IMG/VR virus record: IMGVR_UViG_3300014205_009245
Length of the DNA: 64,000 bases
Source of the DNA: an uncultured virus (IMG/VR IMGVR_UViG_3300014205_009245)
Lineage: Duplodnaviria > Heunggongvirae > Uroviricota > Caudoviricetes
Reading direction: 5' to 3' (one strand)
A model generated the notes under the pieces. The model saw only the letters and a list, made by a program, of their open reading frames with translations. It was not told where the DNA came from and searched no databases. A program made the translations under genes and the position numbers. Of the stretch, positions 9,785-18,012 are shown piece after piece (position 1 is the stretch's first letter; every line of letters starts with the position of its first letter).

Positions 9785-9972
9785 CTCGTTTCTCCGACTT
9801 TGCGCTCGCGGACCTTTTTAAAGACTATACCTAAACGCTTAAAAGATTGCACAACAGAACCCTGATTACATCCGACCTGTTTGGCAATCTGATTGGCGTC
9901 CAGATTTTCAACATGGTGCTTTTGATAGAGCCATTCCCTATCGTTTAATAGTTTGTATTTTGAAGTTTTCAT
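9781..9972 (-). pseudogene. Truncated HTH N-terminus of a probable homing endonuclease, fused to foreign sequence
   Basis: MKTSKYKLLNDREWLYQKHHVENLDANQIAKQVGCNQGSVVQSFKRLGI is an HTH type common at the N-termini of phage HNH-type nucleases; the last ~10 codons lie in the GC-rich insert. Confidence 0.6.
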
Positions 9973-10019
9973 AATATTCTCCATTATGTATTATACAAGA
10001 GAATATTATGAAAATCCTT
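9966..10019 (-). promoter_or_regulatory. RBS-sequestering 16-bp hairpin with overlapping AAGGA-N18-GTATAAT promoter
   Basis: Perfect inverted repeat 9966-9981 / 9999-10014; one arm carries most of the SD and the ATG; the -10 lies in the loop. Confidence 0.8.
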
Positions 10020-11320
10020 TATTCAAATTCTAATAAATTTAGGGGTAGGATTTGGGAGGTTCTAAAAACTACCATTTCGTTATTCATCACACCAGATTGC
10101 CCTGCTTTTGCAAAATATGAATCATATCCTTTAGGCGGAGGAGAAGACCGAGAACCAGAAGGAATGAAATAATTACCCATAGCTACTAGATTATAAAACA
10201 TAAAATATCTACCCTCGTCCCTTCCGCCCCAATAATTTGTAGCATAATTCAGGGATTTTGTGCTCTCATCTGAATGATAGCACCCATTCGAATACATCCG
10301 CCCGCATACATGAGAAGCAGAAGCAGGTGGAATCACAAACCCATTTTTAAGTATTGAAAGACAATTAGATGCTTTTGTCCCGTGGAATAACTTCCACTGG
10401 TTATTTAGTTTAGAGCCATCGCGATCCCATGCGTCTTTCATTGTTGGCATATCGATTGCATATGCCTTTGTAATCTTGAGATCGTAACTTCTATGACCGT
10501 GATGCCGTCCTTTATTAAAGAATGTGCGAATTTCAGTTAAAATATCCTTATCATCTACAACTGACAATTTAACATTGAATAGCTTCGGTGTTTCCGCTTC
10601 CTCTTTCTTCTTCCCATTTTTGGGAGCTGATAAAACCGATTGAATTGATGCATCCAATCCATCAAGAATTTGGCTCTGATGTTGAATAGCATCAATGCTT
10701 CCACAAAAACCGCGGGGGTCAAATTTGCGGCCAACATCTTGAGGTATGAGCATTAAATAATCTTCAAGGGTTGTAATAAACGGCTTACCAAATGAATTCT
10801 TGGTAATAAACCCCGTAAGATCATCCAGCAGAGTCCGTGCCGCATCGACATTTGACTTTGTAACAATACCAACAGGTGTGCGGAATGTGCCAGCAGACAC
10901 ATCATAAGTAATACGCCCACCAGTAGCATGAGAAATGTTATGAGCATTAACTTCTGTGAAGAATTCAATTAGTTTTTGTGTAATAGGGCAAGTAGCAATT
11001 TGCGCCTTAGCAATTTTCTTTAATTCTGATTTTGATGATGATATACAGGCAGGAGATGATGTAGCGGCAGTATCAAGCACTTCGATTTCTCGATAACAAC
11101 CACCATCATAATGCTCAGATGGACTGGTTTTATCTCGAATCGAAGACTCCATCCTTCTACGACCAGCACCGGGATGAACCTTACTTTGTAAGGATTTTCC
11201 GATTCTGCCATATCTCACTTCTACGTCATCGTTATCGTATAAGAGCACTTCCCATCGCTTGTTGCTGTTAAGGTTGTTTGAGACAAATACAAATTTCCTG
11301 TGTTCTATCACATCTGCCAT
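10019..11320 (-). CDS. PARP-family ADP-ribosyltransferase (WGR + helical regulatory-like + catalytic domains)
   Basis: N-terminal VRYGRIG (WGR); YLMLIPQDVG (PARP_reg-like); catalytic LFHGT, MYSNGCYHSD, KSLNY, NNEMVVF (H-Y-E triad). Confidence 0.9.
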   Translation of the reverse strand: MADVIEHRKFVFVSNNLNSNKRWEVLLYDNDDVEVRYGRIGKSLQSKVHPGAGRRRMESSIRDKTSPSEHYDGGCYREIEVLDTAATSSPACISSSKSELKKIAKAQIATCPITQKLIEFFTEVNAHNISHATGGRITYDVSAGTFRTPVGIVTKSNVDAARTLLDDLTGFITKNSFGKPFITTLEDYLMLIPQDVGRKFDPRGFCGSIDAIQHQSQILDGLDASIQSVLSAPKNGKKKEEAETPKLFNVKLSVVDDKDILTEIRTFFNKGRHHGHRSYDLKITKAYAIDMPTMKDAWDRDGSKLNNQWKLFHGTKASNCLSILKNGFVIPPASASHVCGRMYSNGCYHSDESTKSLNYATNYWGGRDEGRYFMFYNLVAMGNYFIPSGSRSSPPPKGYDSYFAKAGQSGVMNNEMVVFRTSQILPLNLLEFE

Positions 11321-11348
11321 TGTGCATCTCCTGTCACGGTTCTACTGA

Positions 11349-11376
11349 AGTATACCACAAATCCTAAAGATGTCAA
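11349..11376 (-). promoter_or_regulatory. Sigma70-type promoter for the PARP gene
   Basis: TTGACA-N16-TATACT with extended TG. Confidence 0.75.
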
Positions 11377-11387
11377 GCAATTAGGAC

Positions 11388-11708
11388 CTAATCTTTTAGT
11401 TCTACCTCAATACAAGCAGTGCCCTTATCTGCCCGAGCTTCAAGTTCTGCCTTAGCAGTCTTTAGCCATTCTTCAATTAATTGCTGATTCTTTCGATTTT
11501 TTTCTTGCTCGTCTTTATCTTTATTAGAACACAACAACATCTGACTAATGACGCTATTTACATCAAAAATTCTATAGGCTAACATTTCATTCTCTAAACA
11601 AGAGATATGAAACTTTAGCATAGCAGTGTCGGGGTTTTTAGCATCAGGTAATTGAGCAGGATCAATCATTTGTTTTCTCCAAAAAGAATTCTCTAATTGT
11701 GTTTTCAA
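11388..11708 (-). CDS. Hypothetical protein
   Basis: In-operon ORF; real start is probably MIDPAQ, overlapping the upstream stop. Confidence 0.6.
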   Translation of the reverse strand: MKTQLENSFWRKQMIDPAQLPDAKNPDTAMLKFHISCLENEMLAYRIFDVNSVISQMLLCSNKDKDEQEKNRKNQQLIEEWLKTAKAELEARADKGTACIEVELKD

Positions 11709-12132
11709 GTATCCAGTGTAATTGTGCTCCTATCTCAAATCGATCAGTATTAATTTCAAGACTTTTCAAAATGTCGCCGTTGGCATGTCTTTTGGTGGCA
11801 GCGAACCAATCTGCTAACATTTCTAATAAGTCTACCAAATTCATATCGCAAATACCGTTTTTATAATGCTCTGGATGATGTGGATTATTTTGATAGTGAT
11901 GATCAATGGCAGGTTTTTGTTCTTTTAGTGCTGCTTTATACCCATCCGAACCATAAGTAGTATTTTTCAATAGCGGAGTAATTTTATCAAAGGCAGATTT
12001 TTCTTCCACGCCAAACTTACTTTTATCATGACTACCTGCTCGATTAACTAATTCTGATACAAAGATTGAGAGATTCTTAGCTACTTCTGCTATATGGGCA
12101 GCAGTATCAGCGGCACTGTCATACTCGTCCAT
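11662..12132 (-). CDS. HD-like protein (DUF5662-type)
   Basis: H...HDKSK...HHYQNNPHHPEHY...EMLADW; start is likely MDEYDS (SD AAGGA). Confidence 0.7.
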   Translation of the reverse strand: MDEYDSAADTAAHIAEVAKNLSIFVSELVNRAGSHDKSKFGVEEKSAFDKITPLLKNTTYGSDGYKAALKEQKPAIDHHYQNNPHHPEHYKNGICDMNLVDLLEMLADWFAATKRHANGDILKSLEINTDRFEIGAQLHWILENTIREFFLEKTND

Positions 12133-12145
12133 TTCAATTCCTTTA

Positions 12146-12940
12146 CTATTGATTTTGATACAGCCCGTGAGACTGAATGTATTCCCAAACATTGGGATTT
12201 ATCATCCTAAGAACATCAGCCTCACAACTCGGTGTTCCAACATACCGACGAAAAGTAAATTTTCTGACATCAGTAGATGATATATGTGGCAATTGTTTAT
12301 CTGACTGCAAAAAGATATGCGGCGGTTTTAAATACCAATCCACTTTCGGATTAGGACTTTCACTCGCACGCGGAACTACTATAAATCGTATTAGCTTCTT
12401 AAGCTCTTCAGAATTGACCCATCTATCAAAAGTGTTAGCATTATCCATTCCAATAAGCAAAGATAAATTGTATTTATCTTGAATAAATTGTTGTTCTTCT
12501 AATAATCTCTTGATAAAATCGTATGTTCCATCTCGCAGGCGGTTTTTAATTTCATAATCAAATACTTTTATCCGATTATCATCTAACATCAATTGGCACA
12601 TGGCTAAACGATCTTCACATGGTGCCATATTTTTGTTATAACGATGCCTATAACACGGAGTAAACCATACCTGATCTATTCCATAATTCGAGTTCAACAC
12701 AAATTTTGCAACCGCTAAGTGCGCCAGGGTTGGAGGGTCAAAAGCGCCGCCGAACAAAACTATGCTTCTCTTGTTTGCTGGAGATAATTTCTGCGAAACA
12801 TCGATTTTCACAGCTTCCTCAATTTCAGTTGCTCCAAGATATTTTCCAGATGCTTCGCAATAATCGATAATTGATCTCCCATATGAGCAAGAGACAGGAA
12901 CAACAAAAAAGCGCCGAGCGTTATTGAAATACCGACACAA
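12146..12940 (-). CDS. nadD: Nicotinate/nicotinamide-nucleotide adenylyltransferase
   Basis: LFGGAFDPPTLAH, LIGMDN, HISSTDVR, YIQSHGLY. Confidence 0.9.
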   Translation of the reverse strand: MCRYFNNARRFFVVPVSCSYGRSIIDYCEASGKYLGATEIEEAVKIDVSQKLSPANKRSIVLFGGAFDPPTLAHLAVAKFVLNSNYGIDQVWFTPCYRHRYNKNMAPCEDRLAMCQLMLDDNRIKVFDYEIKNRLRDGTYDFIKRLLEEQQFIQDKYNLSLLIGMDNANTFDRWVNSEELKKLIRFIVVPRASESPNPKVDWYLKPPHIFLQSDKQLPHISSTDVRKFTFRRYVGTPSCEADVLRMINPNVWEYIQSHGLYQNQ

Positions 12941-13016
12941 GAATTCATTTTTTCTCCTTTAAATTATTCTAATCGCATTAATCCCAAAAGTCAAAAGAAA
13001 AAGGTATAATGTAGAC

Positions 13017-13457
13017 GTGGAACAGCATAAAATTAATTCGATCAAACTAGCACTAATATCCGCCAATTGGTGGAATCTAGTGCAACAAGAAGTTCGAGAA
13101 CAATTAGATTTCATCATAGACAATATCGATGAACTCGGATCATTATTCAAAGAATCGTTCATTGCCCTTTTTAAATATGAACATGCCAGGCGCAGAATTT
13201 TAGGAACATCTGTCTCCCTCAATCAGCCTGGTGTCTTGTTCGGTAAAAAAATGAGCGAAGAATGCTATCAGTGCTCCATCGATCCTGCTAAATCGGCGCT
13301 TCAGCTTCAGGAATGGACAGAACCCAACGAGGCAGATGTTCAGGCTTGTATATATCTATGCAATGTCGTAGACCAGCTTGGTTTGTCTCTTTCACAAGAT
13401 GGATTAAAACTAGGAGAAACAGAGAAGGATCAGCCACTTCTGCTACCGCCATCCTAG
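13017..13457 (+). CDS. Hypothetical protein
   Basis: 146-aa ORF filling the gap, preceded by GGTATAAT. Confidence 0.6.
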   Translation: MEQHKINSIKLALISANWWNLVQQEVREQLDFIIDNIDELGSLFKESFIALFKYEHARRRILGTSVSLNQPGVLFGKKMSEECYQCSIDPAKSALQLQEWTEPNEADVQACIYLCNVVDQLGLSLSQDGLKLGETEKDQPLLLPPS

Positions 13458-14156
13458 TCTAGCATTCTCACTGACAGTTGATAAAAATTCTACTATATCC
13501 ATATGACCCCTGATAGCAGCCCACTGAAAAGCCCAATCATCCACGGCGTGTATATCAGCACCCTTTTCTACGAGATATTTTACTACACTTAGATGACCAT
13601 TGCTAGCAGCATATCGCAAAGCACAATCATCCCTAGCATGTATATCAGCGCCATTTTTAATCAAGTATTTAACCACATCTAGATAATCATTGCTAACAGC
13701 CCATCCTAAAGCATAATCATCCCTAGCATGTATATCCGCACCATTTTTAATCAAATATTTAACCACATCTAGATGACCACTTTCAGCGGCCAATCTCAAA
13801 ACATAATCATCATCGATGTGTATGTCAGCACCTTCTTTGATAAGCTTTTTAATAATCTCCAGGCTACACCACTTATGACGTGGTCCTAGTTTGACTTTAT
13901 CTGCTTTCCATTTCTTAGGTAAGCCATGATTTTGATAAACTTGAGCGTCTTTGGGTAGTATAACCTCTCTGATCCAGGGACCATAGTCAAGGAAATATAG
14001 AATATTCTCGGCATCAGTGTAATAAATGCCACCTGGAGTACAATCTCCACGAGGATTGAAAGGTAGAGGGTCTACGTTTAATCCTGTCTTGTATTTAAGA
14101 CCGTGATGTGTTTCGGTTTTGTTCGTGATTTTGTAGTAAGTCATACTCATGGACAA
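13443..14156 (-). CDS. Ankyrin-repeat protein with giant-virus-type N-terminal domain
   Basis: YYKITNKTETHHGLKYKTGLN...GGIYYTD followed by four GADIHAxDDxALxxAAxxGHLDVVKYL-type repeats. Confidence 0.9.
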   Translation of the reverse strand: MSMSMTYYKITNKTETHHGLKYKTGLNVDPLPFNPRGDCTPGGIYYTDAENILYFLDYGPWIREVILPKDAQVYQNHGLPKKWKADKVKLGPRHKWCSLEIIKKLIKEGADIHIDDDYVLRLAAESGHLDVVKYLIKNGADIHARDDYALGWAVSNDYLDVVKYLIKNGADIHARDDCALRYAASNGHLSVVKYLVEKGADIHAVDDWAFQWAAIRGHMDIVEFLSTVSENARLGWR

Positions 14157-14161
14157 TCTCC

Positions 14162-14779
14162 CTAGTACTTTTTACCTTCATCATTTTCACGATATTTCAA
14201 TTTAAACATATGAATCGACTTAGCACAAGAACTTCTATTTAATATCAGGCTTCCGGTTTTTCGTTTGATTACAACACCCTCGAACAACTTAAAATCCCTA
14301 TTATCCAACCACTGCTGCCTTAATTTCTCAAAATAATTTAAAAAATCGCACTCTACTGTTTCGGCTAAACAAACGTGGGAGTTATTCCTGATTAATTCAT
14401 ACAATCGATTAACCGTCTTCCATCTCTCGATGAAGTGCTGTTTAACTAACCATTGCCCTTCCAATGCTAGACAGTCAAATAGATATAATTGTGGCGGTGT
14501 TCTGCCTCTAGGACCAACAAACTCACTGTCCAAAACAGTGCCATCGGGTAGATTTAATGCCTTAACAGTATCGACAATCTGCTGCGGAAACTTGGTTTTT
14601 GACGGCAAATTATTACCGATTCTGCTAAAAAAATTTAATTGCCCATTATCTTGATAGATTTGACAGCGCCATCCATCATATTTACCTTGACATAGCCACT
14701 CATTTTCTCGTATTCCAAGCACAAAACTAGAGTCTATCCGAGTTGGCTTGTCAGGAAACCGGAAAGAAAGCATTTTCAA
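14162..14779 (-). CDS. ATP-dependent ligase-like nucleotidyltransferase (adenylation domain only)
   Basis: Motifs KYDGWR (I), LDSEF (III), LFD (IIIa), EGVVIK (IV), FKLK (V); no OB domain. Confidence 0.8.
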   Translation of the reverse strand: MKMLSFRFPDKPTRIDSSFVLGIRENEWLCQGKYDGWRCQIYQDNGQLNFFSRIGNNLPSKTKFPQQIVDTVKALNLPDGTVLDSEFVGPRGRTPPQLYLFDCLALEGQWLVKQHFIERWKTVNRLYELIRNNSHVCLAETVECDFLNYFEKLRQQWLDNRDFKLFEGVVIKRKTGSLILNRSSCAKSIHMFKLKYRENDEGKKY

Positions 14780-15042
14780 TCCTTTGAAGAAAATTTGCTT
14801 GGCTTAGGATTGGCATGTTCCCAACCAGACATACACTCGTCTATTAGTTGCTGTCGTAGTGTTGCCATATTGGATTCAATTTTATTGTATATTCTGTTGG
14901 CGTATCTTTCTCTGGATCGGGTCCATTTAATAAAATCAGAATTAATCTTCTTTTTACCGCGACAAAAATAGCATTTCCCGGGAGCGTAGCTGCAACGTCC
15001 AGTTCCATCACATTCTGGACAATTTCGGGTTGTCGGTTTCAT
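14776..15042 (-). CDS. Small DnaJ-type Zn-finger protein
   Basis: CPECDGTG...CYFCRGKK. Confidence 0.6.
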   Translation of the reverse strand: MKPTTRNCPECDGTGRCSYAPGKCYFCRGKKKINSDFIKWTRSRERYANRIYNKIESNMATLRQQLIDECMSGWEHANPKPSKFSSKD

Positions 15043-15123
15043 ATGGCTCTCGCAAACGGATCGGTACGACCAGAGGCACGATATTTGTCCATGAATCGTT
15101 CGGTCATCTTCTCAAAATCCCCA

Positions 15124-15696
15124 TCACGCGTGGTTATCAGGGTAATAATCGTCTGAATCAACAACTCTGGCTCCAAGAGATGGAAATACATTATCAAAAA
15201 ATGTTTTGTTTATTAACTCAGCATCATGTCCAGGCATATCATAAGTATCAACACAATCTCGTAATACTGTTACATCTTTGCCACGATATAGAAGCTCAAA
15301 AACGTTGGCTGATACACAGATATCTGTCACACACCCCATTACAACCCAATCTTTATCGGAAGACAAATCATCTAACCCATCCTTTAAAGGCGGATCAAAA
15401 AACCCACTCCAAGTTTGCTTGGGAATAATAATGTAATCTAATTCCCTATCCTTACAAACCTTGAGCAGTTCTGGACAAACTTCAGATTCTTTTGTGCCTG
15501 CCATACAATGTTTCGGTAGCTTCTCTAGTTCATGGTCTGAATCTTCGTGGACATCTGCCAGAAACACCACGAGTGTATCAGAAGGAACTTGTTCCAAAAA
15601 ATGAACCTGTTTAGGTATTAGAGCAGCTACCCGGGGGCTCGAAAGGGCTCCCTGCCGAGCAAAACCTTCTATCATGTCAACAACCATTACATTCAT
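15124..15696 (-). CDS. pncA: Nicotinamidase/isochorismatase-family cysteine hydrolase
   Basis: VVDMIEGF, DVH, HCMAGT, K, GCVTDICV. Confidence 0.8.
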   Translation of the reverse strand: MNVMVVDMIEGFARQGALSSPRVAALIPKQVHFLEQVPSDTLVVFLADVHEDSDHELEKLPKHCMAGTKESEVCPELLKVCKDRELDYIIIPKQTWSGFFDPPLKDGLDDLSSDKDWVVMGCVTDICVSANVFELLYRGKDVTVLRDCVDTYDMPGHDAELINKTFFDNVFPSLGARVVDSDDYYPDNHA

Positions 15697-15947
15697 CGAA
15701 CAGACTCCTGTCGCTTGAGAACCGATTTAACCTTTACTTTTTTCAGAAGAAATTGAATTAATTCTGCTTTTTCATAATGAGTCGTTACCAATTCTGCATT
15801 AGGTTCTTCGATTTTTTGCTTAATTTGGTCGGGACTCAGCAAAAGCACATCTGATATTTTTTTGATTAGGGCAGGTGCCGGAATATTTTTATTTTTATCC
15901 CCATCTAGAATAACACTCCATTGGGGCAGCGTGTCCAGTTTACTCAT
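15693..15947 (-). CDS. Divergent ClpS-like protein
   Basis: LPQWSVIL...LVTTHYEKAEL resembles ClpS; the substrate-binding HNDD motif is not conserved. Confidence 0.45.
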   Translation of the reverse strand: MSKLDTLPQWSVILDGDKNKNIPAPALIKKISDVLLLSPDQIKQKIEEPNAELVTTHYEKAELIQFLLKKVKVKSVLKRQESVR

Positions 15948-16247
15948 TTACTTCACTCCAACTAATAGATCATCATCTTTTTCTGTTACAGTTATAAATT
16001 TTGATACCAATATTTTATCTCCATTCCAATCCCACCAATTCACACGAAATCTCGGGACGGATTTCTCGCAATAAAGATATTTAATATCCATTCTTCCCCA
16101 ATCATAAGAACCCACAAATGCTCCTCTTACGGACAGTTGGAGTTTTTTTATAAAGTCTTGATTGGTATACCTTAATACGAGTTGTGCATTAACGGTTTCC
16201 TTCTCGGAGAACGCCACAGATTCTGTACTATCGACATTGTTTGCCAT
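15948..16247 (-). CDS. Hypothetical phage protein
   Basis: RFRVNWW...SKFITV; directly downstream of a promoter. Confidence 0.65.
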   Translation of the reverse strand: MANNVDSTESVAFSEKETVNAQLVLRYTNQDFIKKLQLSVRGAFVGSYDWGRMDIKYLYCEKSVPRFRVNWWDWNGDKILVSKFITVTEKDDDLLVGVK

Positions 16248-16253
16248 GCCTCA

Positions 16254-16281
16254 ATTATACTCCAAGTACGCCAAAAGTCAA
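16254..16281 (-). promoter_or_regulatory. Sigma70-type promoter heading the ClpS-like/pncA/ligase/ankyrin operon
   Basis: TTGACT-N16-TATAAT. Confidence 0.75.
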
Positions 16282-16307
16282 GCCAAAGAAATTTTGTGCG
16301 GAAATTA

Positions 16308-16333
16308 AAGGAGGCAGTAAAATTTAGACGAAT
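16308..16333 (+). promoter_or_regulatory. SigH-like promoter candidate
   Basis: AAGGA-N17-GAAT upstream of 16368. Confidence 0.5.
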
Positions 16334-16367
16334 ATTTAGAATGTCTATTTTACAGGAGAGCTAAAAA

Positions 16368-16940
16368 ATGGCAATTACAATCAGCGTTCAAGATAATCCT
16401 AATCGAGATTTAGTTGGAAGTACAGACGCAGACGCTACAATTATTAATTCTGGATTTACAAGCGGAATCATTACGTATGAAATTCAGCGGCTAGATGATC
16501 ACCAGACAATAGTAAGCATCAAATCTAATGCTGATATATCCCAAATGTCCCAAGTTGTCAAGTTAAGCGAAGCAACCCTACATATTATTCTGCCTTTCAG
16601 AACTGATTTTCGGGTTAAAGTCAGACAAGGCACAGCAGCATGGAGCAGTTGGTCAAATTTTAAGACCAGAGACAAAAGGTATCAAACCCCGGACGCCATT
16701 ACCCAATTGTCTGACAATTTGAAAACCAGCGCCGCAAAGAAGGGCAGCAAAACAATTACAGTTACGAATAGTGCCAAGGCCACTGTTACAGAAACCAATG
16801 AGGGTGCCGCCGTTGACAATACTTCCGATTACGGATATTCCGATACAACTAGTGTTGTTGATACAAGCAGTGGTGCCACAGTTACCAATACAACAAAGAT
16901 TACCTATACAAATCGTGGCGCAAACGTAGATAACGATTAA
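16368..16940 (+). CDS. Thr/Ser-rich beta-strand protein with FN3-like end motif, probably virion-associated
   Basis: FRVKVRQ...AWSSWSNFKT; SD AGGAG. Confidence 0.55.
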   Translation: MAITISVQDNPNRDLVGSTDADATIINSGFTSGIITYEIQRLDDHQTIVSIKSNADISQMSQVVKLSEATLHIILPFRTDFRVKVRQGTAAWSSWSNFKTRDKRYQTPDAITQLSDNLKTSAAKKGSKTITVTNSAKATVTETNEGAAVDNTSDYGYSDTTSVVDTSSGATVTNTTKITYTNRGANVDND

Positions 16941-17007
16941 TTTCGGAACGCTCCACCCACAAAAACTATGAGCAATCTGCCCTAGGACAGATTGCTCATT
17001 TGTTGAT

Positions 17008-17634
17008 CTACTTAAATGATGGCTTAAACGGGACAACTAGCCCATCATTTTCTAGGGCAACTGCCATCCGTTCAGTATTCTTATCAAAAATCCTGTCATG
17101 ATAAAAGTCTTCCTTCGGAACAATAACAGATTCGTGCTTTAGGATATGCGAATTGTTGCCCAAAGCAGTCGCCAAAGCAGCCGCAATTTCGTCTGCATCA
17201 GGTAGTGCCATTAGGGCATCAACATCAATGGCATAACTATTTTTAACATCAAAATATTTATCAAATATATCATCATTCCCAACAATTGAGCGAATCTTGG
17301 GTTCACAATCTGCGGTAGAAATCTTCTTACATTGATTCTTTTGGGTAAAAGTCAGAGTATTTGTTGATCCTGCCAGCTTAATAGAATTATAAAGAGTGCC
17401 ATCTTTCTTGCAGTGCTCCAGCCGCAATCGTTGAGATTCACCGACCATTCTTGACTCCGCATCGGCCCGCCGAGCCTTCGCGTTATCTTCATCTGTTTTG
17501 GCAGTGGCAAAATCTGCCATTGCTGCTTCAATTGCAGGTGAAGCCTTGCAAGATGGAATGCTGGATTTCTTGCTTGTTGCTGACTTGGCAGTTGAAGCCT
17601 GATTCAGTAAGTCAAGTGCTTTGCTCTTGGCCAT
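17008..17634 (-). CDS. Hypothetical protein
   Basis: 208 aa with its own promoter and SD. Confidence 0.7.
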   Translation of the reverse strand: MAKSKALDLLNQASTAKSATSKKSSIPSCKASPAIEAAMADFATAKTDEDNAKARRADAESRMVGESQRLRLEHCKKDGTLYNSIKLAGSTNTLTFTQKNQCKKISTADCEPKIRSIVGNDDIFDKYFDVKNSYAIDVDALMALPDADEIAAALATALGNNSHILKHESVIVPKEDFYHDRIFDKNTERMAVALENDGLVVPFKPSFK

Positions 17635-17673
17635 TTTTTGTTCCTTTTCTCAAAGACTTGTTCGTCTACCACT

Positions 17674-17701
17674 ACTATACCACAGACCTGAGGGAAGTCA
17701 A
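17674..17701 (-). promoter_or_regulatory. Sigma70-type promoter
   Basis: TTGACT-N16-TATAGT with extended TG. Confidence 0.7.
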
Positions 17702-17721
17702 GTAGATTTGCAGAAAAATTC

Positions 17722-18012
17722 TTATTTAGTGCTAGTCTTCTTCCCTCTATTTTTTAGATAAAAAGTGATACTGTAATAATAACCATAATCTCCCGTTTCT
17801 TTAAACGATTTAATCATTTCGTGATTTTTCCAAAAATTAACACTATCTTTAAGACCGGTAAGTAATTTTAGATCATCATTAAGATCCTTAACGCTCGATC
17901 CCATATTGCCTGCATATCCCACAGAAAATCCACGATCCTTTAAGGTTATCTCTGTGCATCCTATCATCTTAACCTTGGTCAGCCGTAGCAATTTTTTCTC
18001 TGCCAACGTCAT
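17722..18012 (-). CDS. Hypothetical protein
   Basis: ATGA overlap with the macrodomain gene. Confidence 0.6.
   Translation of the reverse strand: MTLAEKKLLRLTKVKMIGCTEITLKDRGFSVGYAGNMGSSVKDLNDDLKLLTGLKDSVNFWKNHEMIKSFKETGDYGYYYSITFYLKNRGKKTSTK

Larger units (their letters stand above)
8543..9812. other. GC-rich foreign (host-like) DNA segment
   Basis: Abrupt composition switch near 8543 and 9812; no transposase or integrase inside. Confidence 0.85.

Noticed and set aside
8543..9812. IS element or integrative element
   Set aside because: No transposase or integrase, and no terminal inverted repeats or target duplication recognised
1..14156. Diversity-generating retroelement (TR/VR pair) explaining the two ankyrin copies
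   Set aside because: Mismatches involve all four bases and many are synonymous; both copies are coding; no reverse transcriptase in the window
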